A stretch of DNA of 56,726 nt, counting the filler, from Platydemus manokwari (lineage: Eukaryota), in the NCBI GenBank assembly GCA_037951405.1. It is 5 parts of 5 records of this genome, joined end to end, with 100 filler letters (N's around TTAATTAATTAA, not from the genome) between each part and the next. Parts side by side here need not be neighbours in the genome. Positions count along the whole stretch, not along the records: positions 1 to 11,184 come from JBBMOY010847756.1; positions 11,285 to 20,431 come from JBBMOY011292206.1; 3 more parts are not named here. The stretch is one strand, 5' to 3'. Shown in pieces: positions 1-11,473 of this stretch (its first letter is position 1; each line of letters begins with the position of its first letter). The position numbers and the translations under genes are program-made. Under the pieces are notes generated by a model. That model was not told the DNA's origin. It saw only the letters and a list, made by a program, of their open reading frames with translations, and ran no database searches.

Positions 1-122
1 AAAGGTGGTCAAAATGTATAAAAAGCAATGGTCAATACTTTGAATAAATGTTTTTTACTTTTTCATTCAAAATTAGTATTTCATTTTAACAAAAAACGCT
101 CATTTCATACCGGTACACCTGG
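1..122 (+). mobile_element. 3' end of a mariner transposon (Mos1/mauritiana-like): transposase C-terminus plus right terminal inverted repeat
   Basis: Bases 3-47 translate RWSKCIKSNGQYFE*, compared with the Mos1 C-terminus RWEKCVASDGKYFE. Bases 94-122 read CCAGGTGTACCGGTATGAAATGAGCGTTT on the minus strand, close to the remembered Mos1 ITR TCAGGTGTACAAGTATGAAATGTCGTTT. A TA target site follows at 123-124. Confidence 0.88.
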
Positions 123-129
123 TAAGAAT

Positions 130-700
130 TAAAAAAAATGAGCCGTTTACTATGACGAAATTAAGGAATTATTTCATTATTATTACACACAACAGGTCTA
201 TAAAAGGAGTCAACTCTTTGAGAACAACTACCAGGTTTTTTATGATCCATAAACTCTGCGTTATTTTTATCTTTCGTGTACTGAACGTATTCGGATTTCG
301 ATATTTTGTTTACTAGGTTTTTGCTTCTTTGAGTAACTTCGAATTTGAGATTTTTGAGTATTGCATACCGGTAATTTGATTGGCGTAGTAAAAATGTCAA
401 TTAGGGAATTAGAATCTTCATTTGTTCAGATCATTGTTAAATTTTATGAGAATTCGCCATGTAGAATCTTTAATCTGTTTGATATTGTTAGATAATAATG
501 AACAATACATAACTGATTCCAATATAACACAACTACAAAGTCTTTACCTAAATATAGCTTTCAACTGGCAGTTGTCCATCTTTACATTGATTTTTATTAT
601 CGCGATATGTGCGTATTTTTTGTGTCATATTGTATTATATTTTGATTTGATGTTTGATTTTCTGTATTTTATTGGGTTTTTAAGTTTTTACATGAGTAAT
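130..700 (-). pseudogene. Older, heavily degraded mariner transposase remnant
   Basis: Minus-strand frames give GKDFVVVLYWNQLCIVHYYL (cf. GKKTMLCVWWDQSGVIYYELL), LIKFNNDLNK (cf. LINLNRALQR), LKNLKFEV (cf. LETLNWEV) and VVCNNNEII* (cf. VVxNNGEYI), in the expected order but broken by stops and frameshifts. Confidence 0.45.
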
Positions 701-1149
701 CCCTATGTGTGTTTTTTGAAGTTATGTACTTTTTTCCAATTGTAATTTACCATCTAACTTCGCTGTGATTGACCGATTGCTTTGCATGTATGGCCGTGTA
801 GGCATGCAAATGCCAAAACAAGGGTTTCAAGGTGTAATTTCGTTTTTATTTTTGCAGAATTTCACCTCAATCAACAATATTTTTATTGTACTTCCTATTT
901 ATTCTTTCATTGTGGACTATTAAACCTTTAAAGGGTTTCTCGAATGTTGAATGCTTAACTTTATTGTTGGACTACTCCATGATATTTTCAACTAAAAAAC
1001 GGGAACTTGATTTACATATTTCTTTATATTATATTTTAATGAAGATAAATAATAGAGTCTATAAAAAATTAAAAATTATTTAACAATATTTATCCTGTAA
1101 ATTTCGAATTAAATAATTTTCAGATTCAGTGGTAATAAAGTCTATCTAA

Positions 1150-1460
1150 TATTTTGGCAATGCATATATAGGCATTTTTTAGCGTAGCCAACTCCCATTA
1201 GCTGTATAAATTGGTTCATAAATAGTTCTAATAGATAATTTTTAATAAAAATAGTTTGATAAAAGCTCGGTGCGCATAATGAAATCATATTTAGTAACAT
1301 GTCAGACATCCAATTACTACCCCTTACGAATTGCAATCGATTTATTTATTTAATAAGATTGCAAGTGTATTAAAATCGTATCATGATAAAACAGGATACC
1401 AAATATCGAAAATCTGACCATCCATTGTTTAATTCTGTTCATACCCTGAACGATAAAAAC
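1150..1460 (+). pseudogene. hAT (Buster/SPIN/Charlie-like) transposase relic, copy 1
   Basis: MSDIQLL...RFIY followed by LKSYHDKTGYQIS resembles DESTDI..QLLxFVRY...LxxTTTGEDIF. It shares TCAGACATCCAATTA (1302-1316) with 2137-2151. Confidence 0.35.
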
Positions 1461-1799
1461 TTAATTATTGTTTAAGAATAAATTGTATTTAAAATAAAAA
1501 TAAAAATATGCCTTCAAATTTGAAATTTCGAAAGTGAGCCCTAATATTATTAATTATATTTATTAATAATATTTTGAATTTTTAGTTTTTGTATTTAAAA
1601 ATTATTTTCGTTGTTTGAAAATCAGAACATAATTAACAATAGCTTTGAAATCTCTGAGATGATTGTTTGAAATGCATGTGTAAAAATAGATAAAATTGCA
1701 AATTAATTAAAATAAGTAATTATTTTTACTTTAAACTTTACTCAAATAATTTTATAAAACATGTCGATTAACTTTGAAATATATTTCAATTTTTTCCAT

Positions 1800-2160
1800 A
1801 CATGTAGGAAATAAATACGTAGATTGCAGAAAGAATCATATAGATGGCAATGTATTTTGTCCTTACTCGAATTAATAGACTTTTTTTACAGAGAAGACAC
1901 ACAAAAACAATGCCACCCAATGAAGTCGATAATGTAAACCAACCTTCGGAAAAAGGTAAAATACTATGCACAGCTTCATGTTTGAATACATTTATTAAGG
2001 TATGAAAAAATTAAAAATAGATGACGGATTACAAAATGTTTATTTGAATATTTGTACGGTTGGATCATCAAGCTAAACATGTGCGGATATATTCGAGAAT
2101 ATATCAATCACAATGGAATTACCAATTGATTAGTCATCAGACATCCAATTATATTCGAGA
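1800..2160 (+). pseudogene. hAT (Buster/SPIN/Charlie-like) transposase relic, copy 2
   Basis: NQPSEKGKIL, QNVYLNICTVGSSS*TCADIFEN and LPID*SSDI resemble KPxTxGExL, KxIPLSNxTVxRRI and LQLDESTDI, in the same order. Confidence 0.4.
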
Positions 2161-2845
2161 ATAAATTTTTTAAATAAATTAAATTTAAATAAGAAATTTT
2201 AAATGAACAACTAAAATCATACAATAATTTCTAATCATATGTAAAAATTATTTAAATAAAGTCAAAGTACCTGGCTCTTGACTAAGCCTAATAAATAAAT
2301 GCACCATAAAATTTTTAATAGGTTATCGAGATTACCTAAAATTCAAATAAACATCTTAATAAAACAAATCAAGTTCAATATAAATAAGTTTAACTGTCGA
2401 CAACTTAACAAAGAATCATCATAATTTCAATTAAATTTCCGAATTTGAATAAATAGTACCAACTCACATATATCATGACTTTCTAAGTACTTTTCCAATA
2501 CTTTAAGAATTTTTTTTATTATTTAATTCCAAATAGTATTGAAGAAATTCCGATACCAAACACACATACTTTTGAAATTTTCCAACGTTATAACCAAGAA
2601 ATAAGACTAGAAATTTTTATTTAAAATATATTGAGAATTAGGAATCTAGGCGAGATTTACGTAGCATATTTTCGTGGGTTTGGGAATTAAAAAAATCTAT
2701 ACATAAATAACTCTAAAAACAAAGAAAGATCATGCAAGGGTTGTTAATAAAAACCCTCGACACGAATTTGAAGAAAGAATCATCTCCCGAAATTCCTAAA
2801 TCTCAGAATCAATTCAACTGACACATTCACATAAACTGTCCATTT

Positions 2846-5800
2846 TTATTTTCTTCTTCTACTTTTGATAAGTCTTCTTGAATTTGCTTGCAACGAAGGA
2901 CCTCCCATAGCTGGCTTATTGCCACTGTTAAATTCAAAAGGGTTACTAGTGTTGTTAGGATTAATGTTGCTAGTAAACACCGAAGAAGTTTTAGAATTAA
3001 AATTGAACATATTATCCGAACTGGCAGCATTATTCTCTAACATAGCGTTACTGTTGAAAACTGGAGCACTGACTGATGGAGCAATTGTTTGAGGTGCACT
3101 ACTACCGAACATTGGTGTGTTAGAAACAGAATTTGTTGGTTGAGAATTGAATAATCCGCCTCCGTTGAAATTATTTGATCCCCCAAACGACGTAGAAGTT
3201 TTCATGAAATTTGAGCCGACTAAACTAGCTGATGATGATACGCTCTGTCCAAAGCTAAGCATTGGACCAGACGAAGAGCTCGTTGAATTATTGATTCCAA
3301 AAATTGGCTTAGACGTAGATTCAGATGTTTTCGAATTAAACATATTGGTAGTATTTGAAAATGAAAAACCATCCGACTTTTCCTTGATCTGATTTGTAGA
3401 TAATGAAGAATTTGTAGATTGTGATGTATTTGAACCGAATAAATTTCCATTTGATCCACCTGCAGAATTTCCCGAAAACAAAGAATTTGTGGCGCTAGCT
3501 GTCGACGACTTTGTGTTATCCGTAAATGTAAATTTTGATGAATTTGGTTTTTTATCAGAGATCGAAGCTTGTCCAAATCCACCTTGTTTATTTGTATCAT
3601 TTGTTGTGGCACTTGCACTTGAAACTTTTCCAAACGTAAATCCGGTCGATGGTTGCACAGAAAAAACGCTATTAGATTTGTTCAAATCACCAATTGGGGC
3701 GATAACTGGATCAGGTTGTTTTCCAAATGTGAATAACGACGATGATGAAGATTGTGGAGTTGCAGGCTTTTCACTGTCCGCTGATGATGTTAAGCCAAAT
3801 AAAAATGTAGATGATGTTTTCGAAGAAGAGACACTTTGTGTGGATTGACCAAACAATGCAGATGGCTTGTTAATATCGTTTACTTTTGTTTGTCCAAAAA
3901 ACCCTGGTTGTTTACTATTATCACCTGATGATTGACCAAAGAATGATGAGGGTTTATCCGTCTCGGCAACATTCTGTCCAAAGAATGGTGAGGGTTTATT
4001 TACTCCAGATACTCCTGCTTGACCAAATAATCCCGAAGGCTTATTAGAATCATTCGATGTTTGTCCAAATGAGAAGTCTGCTGTTGGTGCTTTATTCGAT
4101 TCGTTTATCGATGTCTTTCCAAGCTGAAAAGCGGGTATTGATTTATTAGATTCACTCACCACCGATTGTCCAAAAGCAAATGATGCAGCTGATGAAACTT
4201 TATTAGATTCAGTACCCGAAGTTTGTCCAAAGGCAAATGTTGAGGCTGTTGAAGCTTTATTAGATTCAGTACCCGAAGTTTGTCCAAATGCAAATGTCGA
4301 GGCTGTTGAAGCTTTATTAGATTCAGTACCCGAAGTTTGTCCAAATGCAAATGTTGAGGCTGTTGAAGCTTTATTAGAATCAATATTCGAAGCTTGACCA
4401 AATCCAAATCCAATAGACGAAGTTTTACTTGCTTCACTACTGGGTGCCTGACCAAATGCATAAGGTGCGGCGGATAAAGTTTTACTTGTTTCATTACTGG
4501 ATGTCTGAACAAATGCAAAGGGTGCGGTTGTTGACGGTTTATTTGTTTCATTGCCTAACGATTGACCAAATGCAAATGGTGTTGTTGATGAAGTTTTGTT
4601 TGTTTCATTCGTGGATGTCATTCCAAGTGAAAATGTTGTTGTTGTGGTTTTATTCGATTCATTTACAGATGTTTGTCCAAATGTAAATGGTGCTGTTGAT
4701 GATTTATTAGAATCAGCAACATTTGATGTCTGGCCAAACAATGCCATTGGTTTGTTTGAATCTTGAACTGTGGTTTGATTAAATGTAAATGAGCTTGTAT
4801 TTGCTGGTTTATTAGGTTCGATATTTGATTTTTGACCGAATGGCATCAATGTTGATGGATTAGATGAGCTTACATCAACTTGTTTGGTATTTTTGTCTTG
4901 TCCAAATGAAAATGTTGTTGACGATATTGAAGTAATTGTTTTTGATTTATTTAAATCATTTCCTGATAATTGACTCAATGACACCGTTGAAGATTTGTCT
5001 AATACCGATGTTTGACCAAACGTTAATGAAGTCTTTGTAGCATCTTGTTTTGATGTTTGACCGAAAGAAAAAGCGTCTCCCGAAGGATTAAATTTGATAT
5101 TCCCGAATTTATTAGAATCTTCAGTCTTTGATAAACTTTCCGATATTATTGATTTTTGAGCTTCAGAAACGGTTGATTGATTAAATGTGAATGGTGTTGA
5201 ACTTGTTGAGACAGAAATTCCAAATTTATCAGTTTCAGCTTTTGATGAGACAGCACCAAATGTAAAAGCAAGTGATGATTTAATAGGATCTGAACTTAAT
5301 GGATTTGTCGATTGCGTACTAATGCTTGTTGCGAGTGACACTTTACCAAACGAAGTGGTAGTCAATGATGATGAAGTGACAATTTCGCTATTTTTCGATT
5401 CATTACTCAATGGCTGACCGAAAGCGAATGCACTTGTTGATGGGTTGGAAGATTTTTCTCCAAACCCAAACATTGGTGGTGGAACGGAAGTATCAAAAAT
5501 CGGTTTCTTGATTTCATTGGTGGATAAACTAATCGATTCATTTGTTATAGATGGTGTTGAGATGGTCGAGCTAGCAAGTGATGTTTTAAATTCCAATTTC
5601 GAAGCGAGAGAAATATTTGTTGAATTCGAACTGGTGCTACTTGAAGATGTTGATGATAAAATTCCAAAACCAAACGATTTAGAATCAGATGTAATCGGCG
5701 CAGATCCGAATTTTGGAACGTCTGATTTAATTTCTGATGTTGGCTCCAATTTATTTCCAAACGAAAATGTGCTCGAACTATTCACTGAACTAGCTGTATT

Positions 5801-7281
5801 GAATTCTTGAGATAGACTTACAACTGGTTTCACATTATCAGTGTCTGTTTTACCATTATCTTTCTCCAACATTTTTCTAATAAGAGCACATCTATCATTA
5901 TTCCCAGTAACGGATTTCTCCAACAAAACCACAGGATTTTTATTTTTTGTGGACAAATTTCCGCAATTTGTACATTCGGATGAATCTTCAGTATTCTCCA
6001 TGTAACAAGTATCGCAACGCCATAAATTAACGATTTTCTTATCGCTGCCATTCTCACGCCGTTTATCATATTGTTCCATTTCTTCTGTGGTGATTTTGGA
6101 TTTAAATTGATACATAATTGTAGCTTCCCGTGATTTCTGGCTGTGGTATTCTTCATCATTCACTGTGGTTGGAGATCTGAACGTAAAGTCTAAATCAGGA
6201 CTTCTCTCACGATTTTCGACTAAGTCCAAATCTTCACTGTTATTTGACATTGATTTCTTCAATAATGGAAGATTTGAAAAATCAACTTGTGCTGAATCAT
6301 TTAATTTCGGAATATTGGCGAAGTCATTTGTGTTTTCAGAATCCAAGTCGATATCATCAACGAAACCAATTTTTCGATACCGTGGCATTTTTTCACGTCG
6401 AATTGGACCACACGATTTCTTGGCTAGATCGCTTGTAGCGGATACGGTGACTGCTTTGATTGGAATTTGCTTTTTACCACAAATTGGTGGTAATGGTCTC
6501 GAATAAGGACTATTTATTTGTTTGGTGTTATTCATGTGAAAATGTCTTTCTTTTCCAATTATACTATTTAATCTATCTGCGGCTGTTACTGGTGTTGTCA
6601 ATCTGTCCAATTTTTCCAATATTTTACGTGCTGGAGAACTCATGAATTCGTTTGTGTTTCGCAATGATTTGTTGCACATAGGAGAAACGATCTTTTGTGA
6701 CAAATTCAAATTTCTGGGATATTTAATTTGTGATTGAATTGCAGAATCGTTATTCTGACCAATTATCATCCGTTTACTAGAGCGTGGATGTAATGAAGAC
6801 ACACCACTGGTTGACACTGATATATCACTGAAATCTGAAGCTGCATCATTGAAGTTATTATTATATAGCATATTTTTCTCTGAATGAACATGTACAGACT
6901 GCTTAATAATTCTTGAACTTGGTAAAGTCATTGGATCATGATGTAATCTCGCTCGCTTTATTTTTATATCTTCATCATCTTTACCAAAGGCTTCTGAAGC
7001 CAAACGCCGATTTGAAGGATATCTTATTGGCGATAAGTGTTTATCAAATGAGACTTGAGACACATTCTTAGAATGAAAGAAAGAAAATTAATAAAACATA
7101 ACTAAAAACTAATTAAATACCGGTAGTTCCTTTGCAGTGGAGTTAAATGGGAAAATACTTGTAAATGAGTCGCTGAGCTTTTGAAAAAATGACTAAAAGA
7201 AAAAAATTCGATGAAAATTATGTTGTAATTATAAATCAAATATCAAATTTTATGAAATAGAATTACTTTTTTATTAGACAT
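2846..7281 (-). CDS. NUP153: Nuclear pore basket protein Nup153, about 1435 aa, three coding exons (7281-7267, 7192-7121, 7066-2846)
   Basis: The 1405-aa ORF carries the Nup153 motif SSPARKILEKLDRLTTP, one RanBP2-type zinc finger (WRCDTCYMENTEDSSECTNC, about 5960-6022), many FxFG repeats in an S/T-rich domain and the basic C-terminus RRLIKSRRRK. The ORF-track start is a GTG. Two phase-0 GT-AG introns (7266-7193, 74 nt; 7120-7067, 54 nt) restore an ATG start: MSNKK|SFFQKLSDSFTSIFPFNSTAKELP|NVSQV. Confidence 0.93.
4198..4378. repeat. 57-bp coding tandem repeat (about 3.2 copies) inside the Nup153 FG domain
   Basis: Three near-identical units encode ASTASTFAFGQTSGTESNK and differ only at a few synonymous positions. 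Confidence 0.95.
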
Positions 7282-10200
7282 TAAATTCAAAATTTAAGTA
7301 AATGTGTCGCGTGTTAAAACAAATAATTTAAAAGAATTATTAAAAACATACTTGTCGTGATTGCATTTTACAAAATATGCTTGACTAAGATTTTTAAAAC
7401 AAATTATTTAGAAATTATTGTATTTTATTTTGATGTTCAAAAAAATTTAATAATTAAATATTTCTGAGATTTAACTAAACTTTTAAAATTTAAATATATA
7501 ATATTTACAATTTGTGGTAAATAATAATACTTGTTATTCTAATCTAAATAAGCAAAATTAGAATTTAAATAAAACATTTAATTTAATTTTAACTTTATAG
7601 CTTAATTAAGATATTTTTATTAAAAAATATTTATGAAAATTTAAAATATTTCAAAAAATTTAGAATTCTTGAAATTTGAAAATTTTATTTTATATTATAT
7701 TGATAAATTTTAATGACAATTTCTTTTAAAAAAAATATAATAAAATAAATTAAATTTTAAAATACTCTAACTTTAGATTAGATATCATATTTAAATAATG
7801 CTAAATATTTCCATTGATAACTTGAAATTATTTTCATAATAAAATTCAAATGCTTTTAAATTATTTAAATGTTAATAAAGCTTTATGTTCTTTTTATAAA
7901 AAAATACAATGTGAATGTATAAAATTTTCTGAAATTAATAATCGAGTATTTCTTTGATAATATTTAGATGAGATTCGTGAGAGAGTGGTGGTGTAATTAA
8001 TTAGAGGATTTAGGACCCTACATAATTTATTGAAAACTGAAAGTTTGACGAACCACTACGAGATGAATACTAATATTTATTATAGGCATTATCGTATTGT
8101 TTACTTTTGAAGTAAAATGGGTGCAGTCCCACACTGAGCTGACAATTTTAGTTTGATCTTTTTCGTACTGTCGAACGCTCCCTATTTATTGTCCTAAATG
8201 AAAACTTTGTGCGAACTTCAAAAGTTTCTAACACTAACATATTCACGAACATCGTCAAAAATTATTTAGATTGCCAATATTATAAGTCGAAATGAGCCTG
8301 TATTTGAAACATAAATTAATAAATATCATTCACTGAAACTACTATCTTCGATCTTACAAGTTTTGTAAAAGACATTTAATTTTCTTATCACAATTACATA
8401 ACGGTTCTATTCTTATACTTTTTAAATTCTTTTTTCATCTTTTGTTCTATTTTCATGCAATTTCTAATTATAATCTATCTATTAATTATTCTTCTTATTG
8501 ATGTAGGTTTTTATCAGATTGGGAATTTTGTCCTCACTTTTATCCTTCTTCAGCTTCTCCCAAACCTTTTTCAATCTATCCTTTTGTTTTCATACTTCTT
8601 TTTTTACTGTGAGCCAATATTTATTGGATGTTACGGAGTGTCTTACTGATTCTGTTTCGGCGTTTCTCTTTTTCCATTGTTCATGAGAGGTAACAGTAAA
8701 TGGCATCTTTTAATCATCTGTTTTGTTATCCCACAATATTAATATTGTGCCTATTGTAGAAAATTTTTCAGAGCTTTTGCTTTATGACTCTGTTAGTAAG
8801 ATCATAATAATTAAAATTATAATTTTGAGCTTACAGCAATAGTAATGCTTAAATGTTATGATTTTTTTTATAAATAAAATAAATTCAAGAGTATAAAATT
8901 ACGATGTTATTGAGTAAATAAAAATGCAGTGTTCAAGCAATAAGTATATAGTCTCAACCGTTAATGAATAAAGTATATATGTGTTGTTCAAGTAATAATA
9001 ATCGAGTATGTATCAATCGACAATTTTAAATGACCTCATTAATGAGGTCTGAAATGCTCAATCAACAATTACCTGATAACAAATAACAATATTATTAATT
9101 TAAAATCCTGTTTCTCATCTAAAATTGGATGACAATAATTCACAACACTGGTTGTTTATCGTCTTCGTGGTATGACAAGTATACACAAAAAATCCTTATT
9201 TAGATTTAGTTTAACTCTATCTTATCATATTTTTGGCCATTACATTCTCTCATTGCTAAGAATAAACCCCAGCAGCAATTATAACAGATCAAAACATTAA
9301 ATTCTATCACCCCTTAGCAATATGATATGTAATAATATATAACTTTAAATAGTTTATATACTATACAATCAGAAAAAGTTATTTAATGTTTTTAATAACG
9401 TTTAACTACTATTTAAGATTGAATATGACAAGATTCGCTTTATCCAAATAAAATCTTATTAGTGAATTTAATTCACTATAACTTTATAATGCCACTATGC
9501 TGTGATCAATAGTGATATGCATCACCAGTCTTTGAGGACCGTATTCTACGAAAACAAGAATTAAATTTCGGTAAATAAAAATGTGCTTTCAACATTTTTG
9601 AATTTTAACATTTAAAAAATATCTATCGTTCATAAATTTGATTATAGTTTAGTAAATAATATGAGATCTGTTCAAGAAATGTTTAATGCTAAAGAAAGAA
9701 CTTATATAAGGAACGATTATAGAAAATAGGTTAACAATGATAGAGATTAAATGAAAGGGAATTTGGGATTAATTCATTACAGAATAACAATGACTTTGAT
9801 GCTTTTAATAAGAAATATCCTGAAAAAAGTAGAGAAGAAATTAAAAAAGTATTTTGAAAATAATTTCAGAGCTGAATTAATAAAAAACAACAAAGAAAGT
9901 ATTTGTTGGGAGCACCACCGAGGAGCACCACCAAATCCAACACTAAGCACGCATCCAACACAACGAACTATATTACAACCCATGTATATAACAATACAAT
10001 TACATCCACATAATACAACACCACCTTTGACTATGGACAATCCAAAAGCAATGCACAAGGACTGACACGTCAATTCATATGTTCCTGTCATCAACAATTC
10101 TGATTACAATATTGTTTCTGCTTACCCAATTTGTCTTTGTGTTAAAACAATTTTATTATTGTATAACAATTCGGTTTGTGATAGTTCAATTTTCTTTTTA

Positions 10201-11184
10201 TATTTAATAACAATTCTGTTTAGTAATTTTTATTTTTTATATAATGTAAGAAAGCCTACGGTAAGTGGAAATTTTGGCAGATGGAAATCGATAATAAAGA
10301 TTAAATACCGTAAAATAGTACGATAAAATTAATTAGAAAAAAAATGAATAGGAATAAATAATAAAAAAGTAAAATTATGTAACTATTTCGAGAAAAACTA
10401 AATAATAAGAAACAAGAAATTGCATATTCAATAATACTAAAAACAGTGGAGGCCGTTGTTGAAAGACAGATATAAATAGTGAAGCAGAGTTAAGGTAAAT
10501 ACCCACAACTAACTTGTGAGTAATTACAGAAGCCGTTAGCGAAACTTTGGTAAAAACTATCAGTTATTTAACCTTGATTTTTTGAGTCATCAATTTTGTA
10601 AAAGAAAATATATTCGACGTAGCAGCATTTCCTATCACATTGAGTGGGGTAAGGATCTTATTTAATATTACCTTTTTATCATTTATCATTATTAAGTAAT
10701 TAATATTGAAACGATTCTTTTATTATAATTTTATATTATTGTCACTTATCAAAATCTAATAACTATCCAACATCTGTCAAAATTTAACCGCTTATTGTTG
10801 ACAATTGCTCCGTCCGCTTTCGGATTTTGTCAGCTACCTGCTTTTTTGTTATTATTTCGTCTTTTGTTAACATTTTTTTCCAAATAAATCAATTAATAGA
10901 TCATATCTTGAATTGAGTTTTGTGTAAAAAAAATAACAACAACGAGAGGCGGGACAATTTTCTTCGATAATAATCGTAAAGTAGAGTTTATAAGAATTGA
11001 CCGATGTTCATTTCCTTATTTGAGAAAGAAAATGGACACCATGACTATCAAACCGAGATTATTAATTTATGAATTTAATACAATATCACAAAATAAAAAC
11101 TAATAATGTACGGTTTAAGTAATTAAGTACTAGATATGAAATTAATTTATTAATTATAAATATATTTTATTATAATGCATCAAA

Positions 11185-11284
11185 NNNNNNNNNNNNNNNN
11201 NNNNNNNNNNNNNNNNNNNNNNNNNNNNTTAATTAATTAANNNNNNNNNNNNNNNNNNNNNNNNNNNNNNNNNNNNNNNNNNNN
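11185..11284. other. Artificial scaffold spacer N44-TTAATTAATTAA-N44
   Basis: Identical 100-bp construct with a six-frame stop linker; it occurs four times in the window. Confidence 0.97.
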
Positions 11285-11447
11285 CGCTAGACGAGTACTT
11301 AAGACTGAGTTGGCGGAAATTAGGAGCAGTACACCTTTGGGCTTAGCTGGCAACGGAACTGTATAACATTCAGACTAACTATTTAGTTAACGTGGAATAA
11401 GATTCATAGAATCATTTGTCATAGTATTATTCTGAATACTGATATTT

Positions 11448-11473
11448 GTGTATGTGTGTGTGTGTGTGTGTGT
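11448..11473. repeat. (GT)n microsatellite
   Basis: Directly visible run of GT dinucleotides with one interruption. Confidence 0.9.

Noticed and set aside
422-1083. Hydrophobic plus-strand ORFs (107 aa, 65 aa) resembling membrane proteins
   Set aside because: F/L/I/Y richness is expected from AT-rich DNA, and the first is antisense to a mariner relic.
2827-6645. Many short ORFs overlapping Nup153 on either strand
   Set aside because: They are antisense or alternate-frame shadows of the low-complexity Nup153 exon.
8100-8710. Lysine-rich minus-strand frame resembling a pogo/Tigger C-terminus; also IYDADES near 17060 and KRWLSEFCK near 51640
   Set aside because: Single weak motifs, not enough to call elements.
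11229-11240. TTAATTAATTAA recurring at intervals, like a repeat or regulatory motif
   Set aside because: At all four scaffold spacers it is centred in N44 flanks; it is a synthetic six-frame stop linker.
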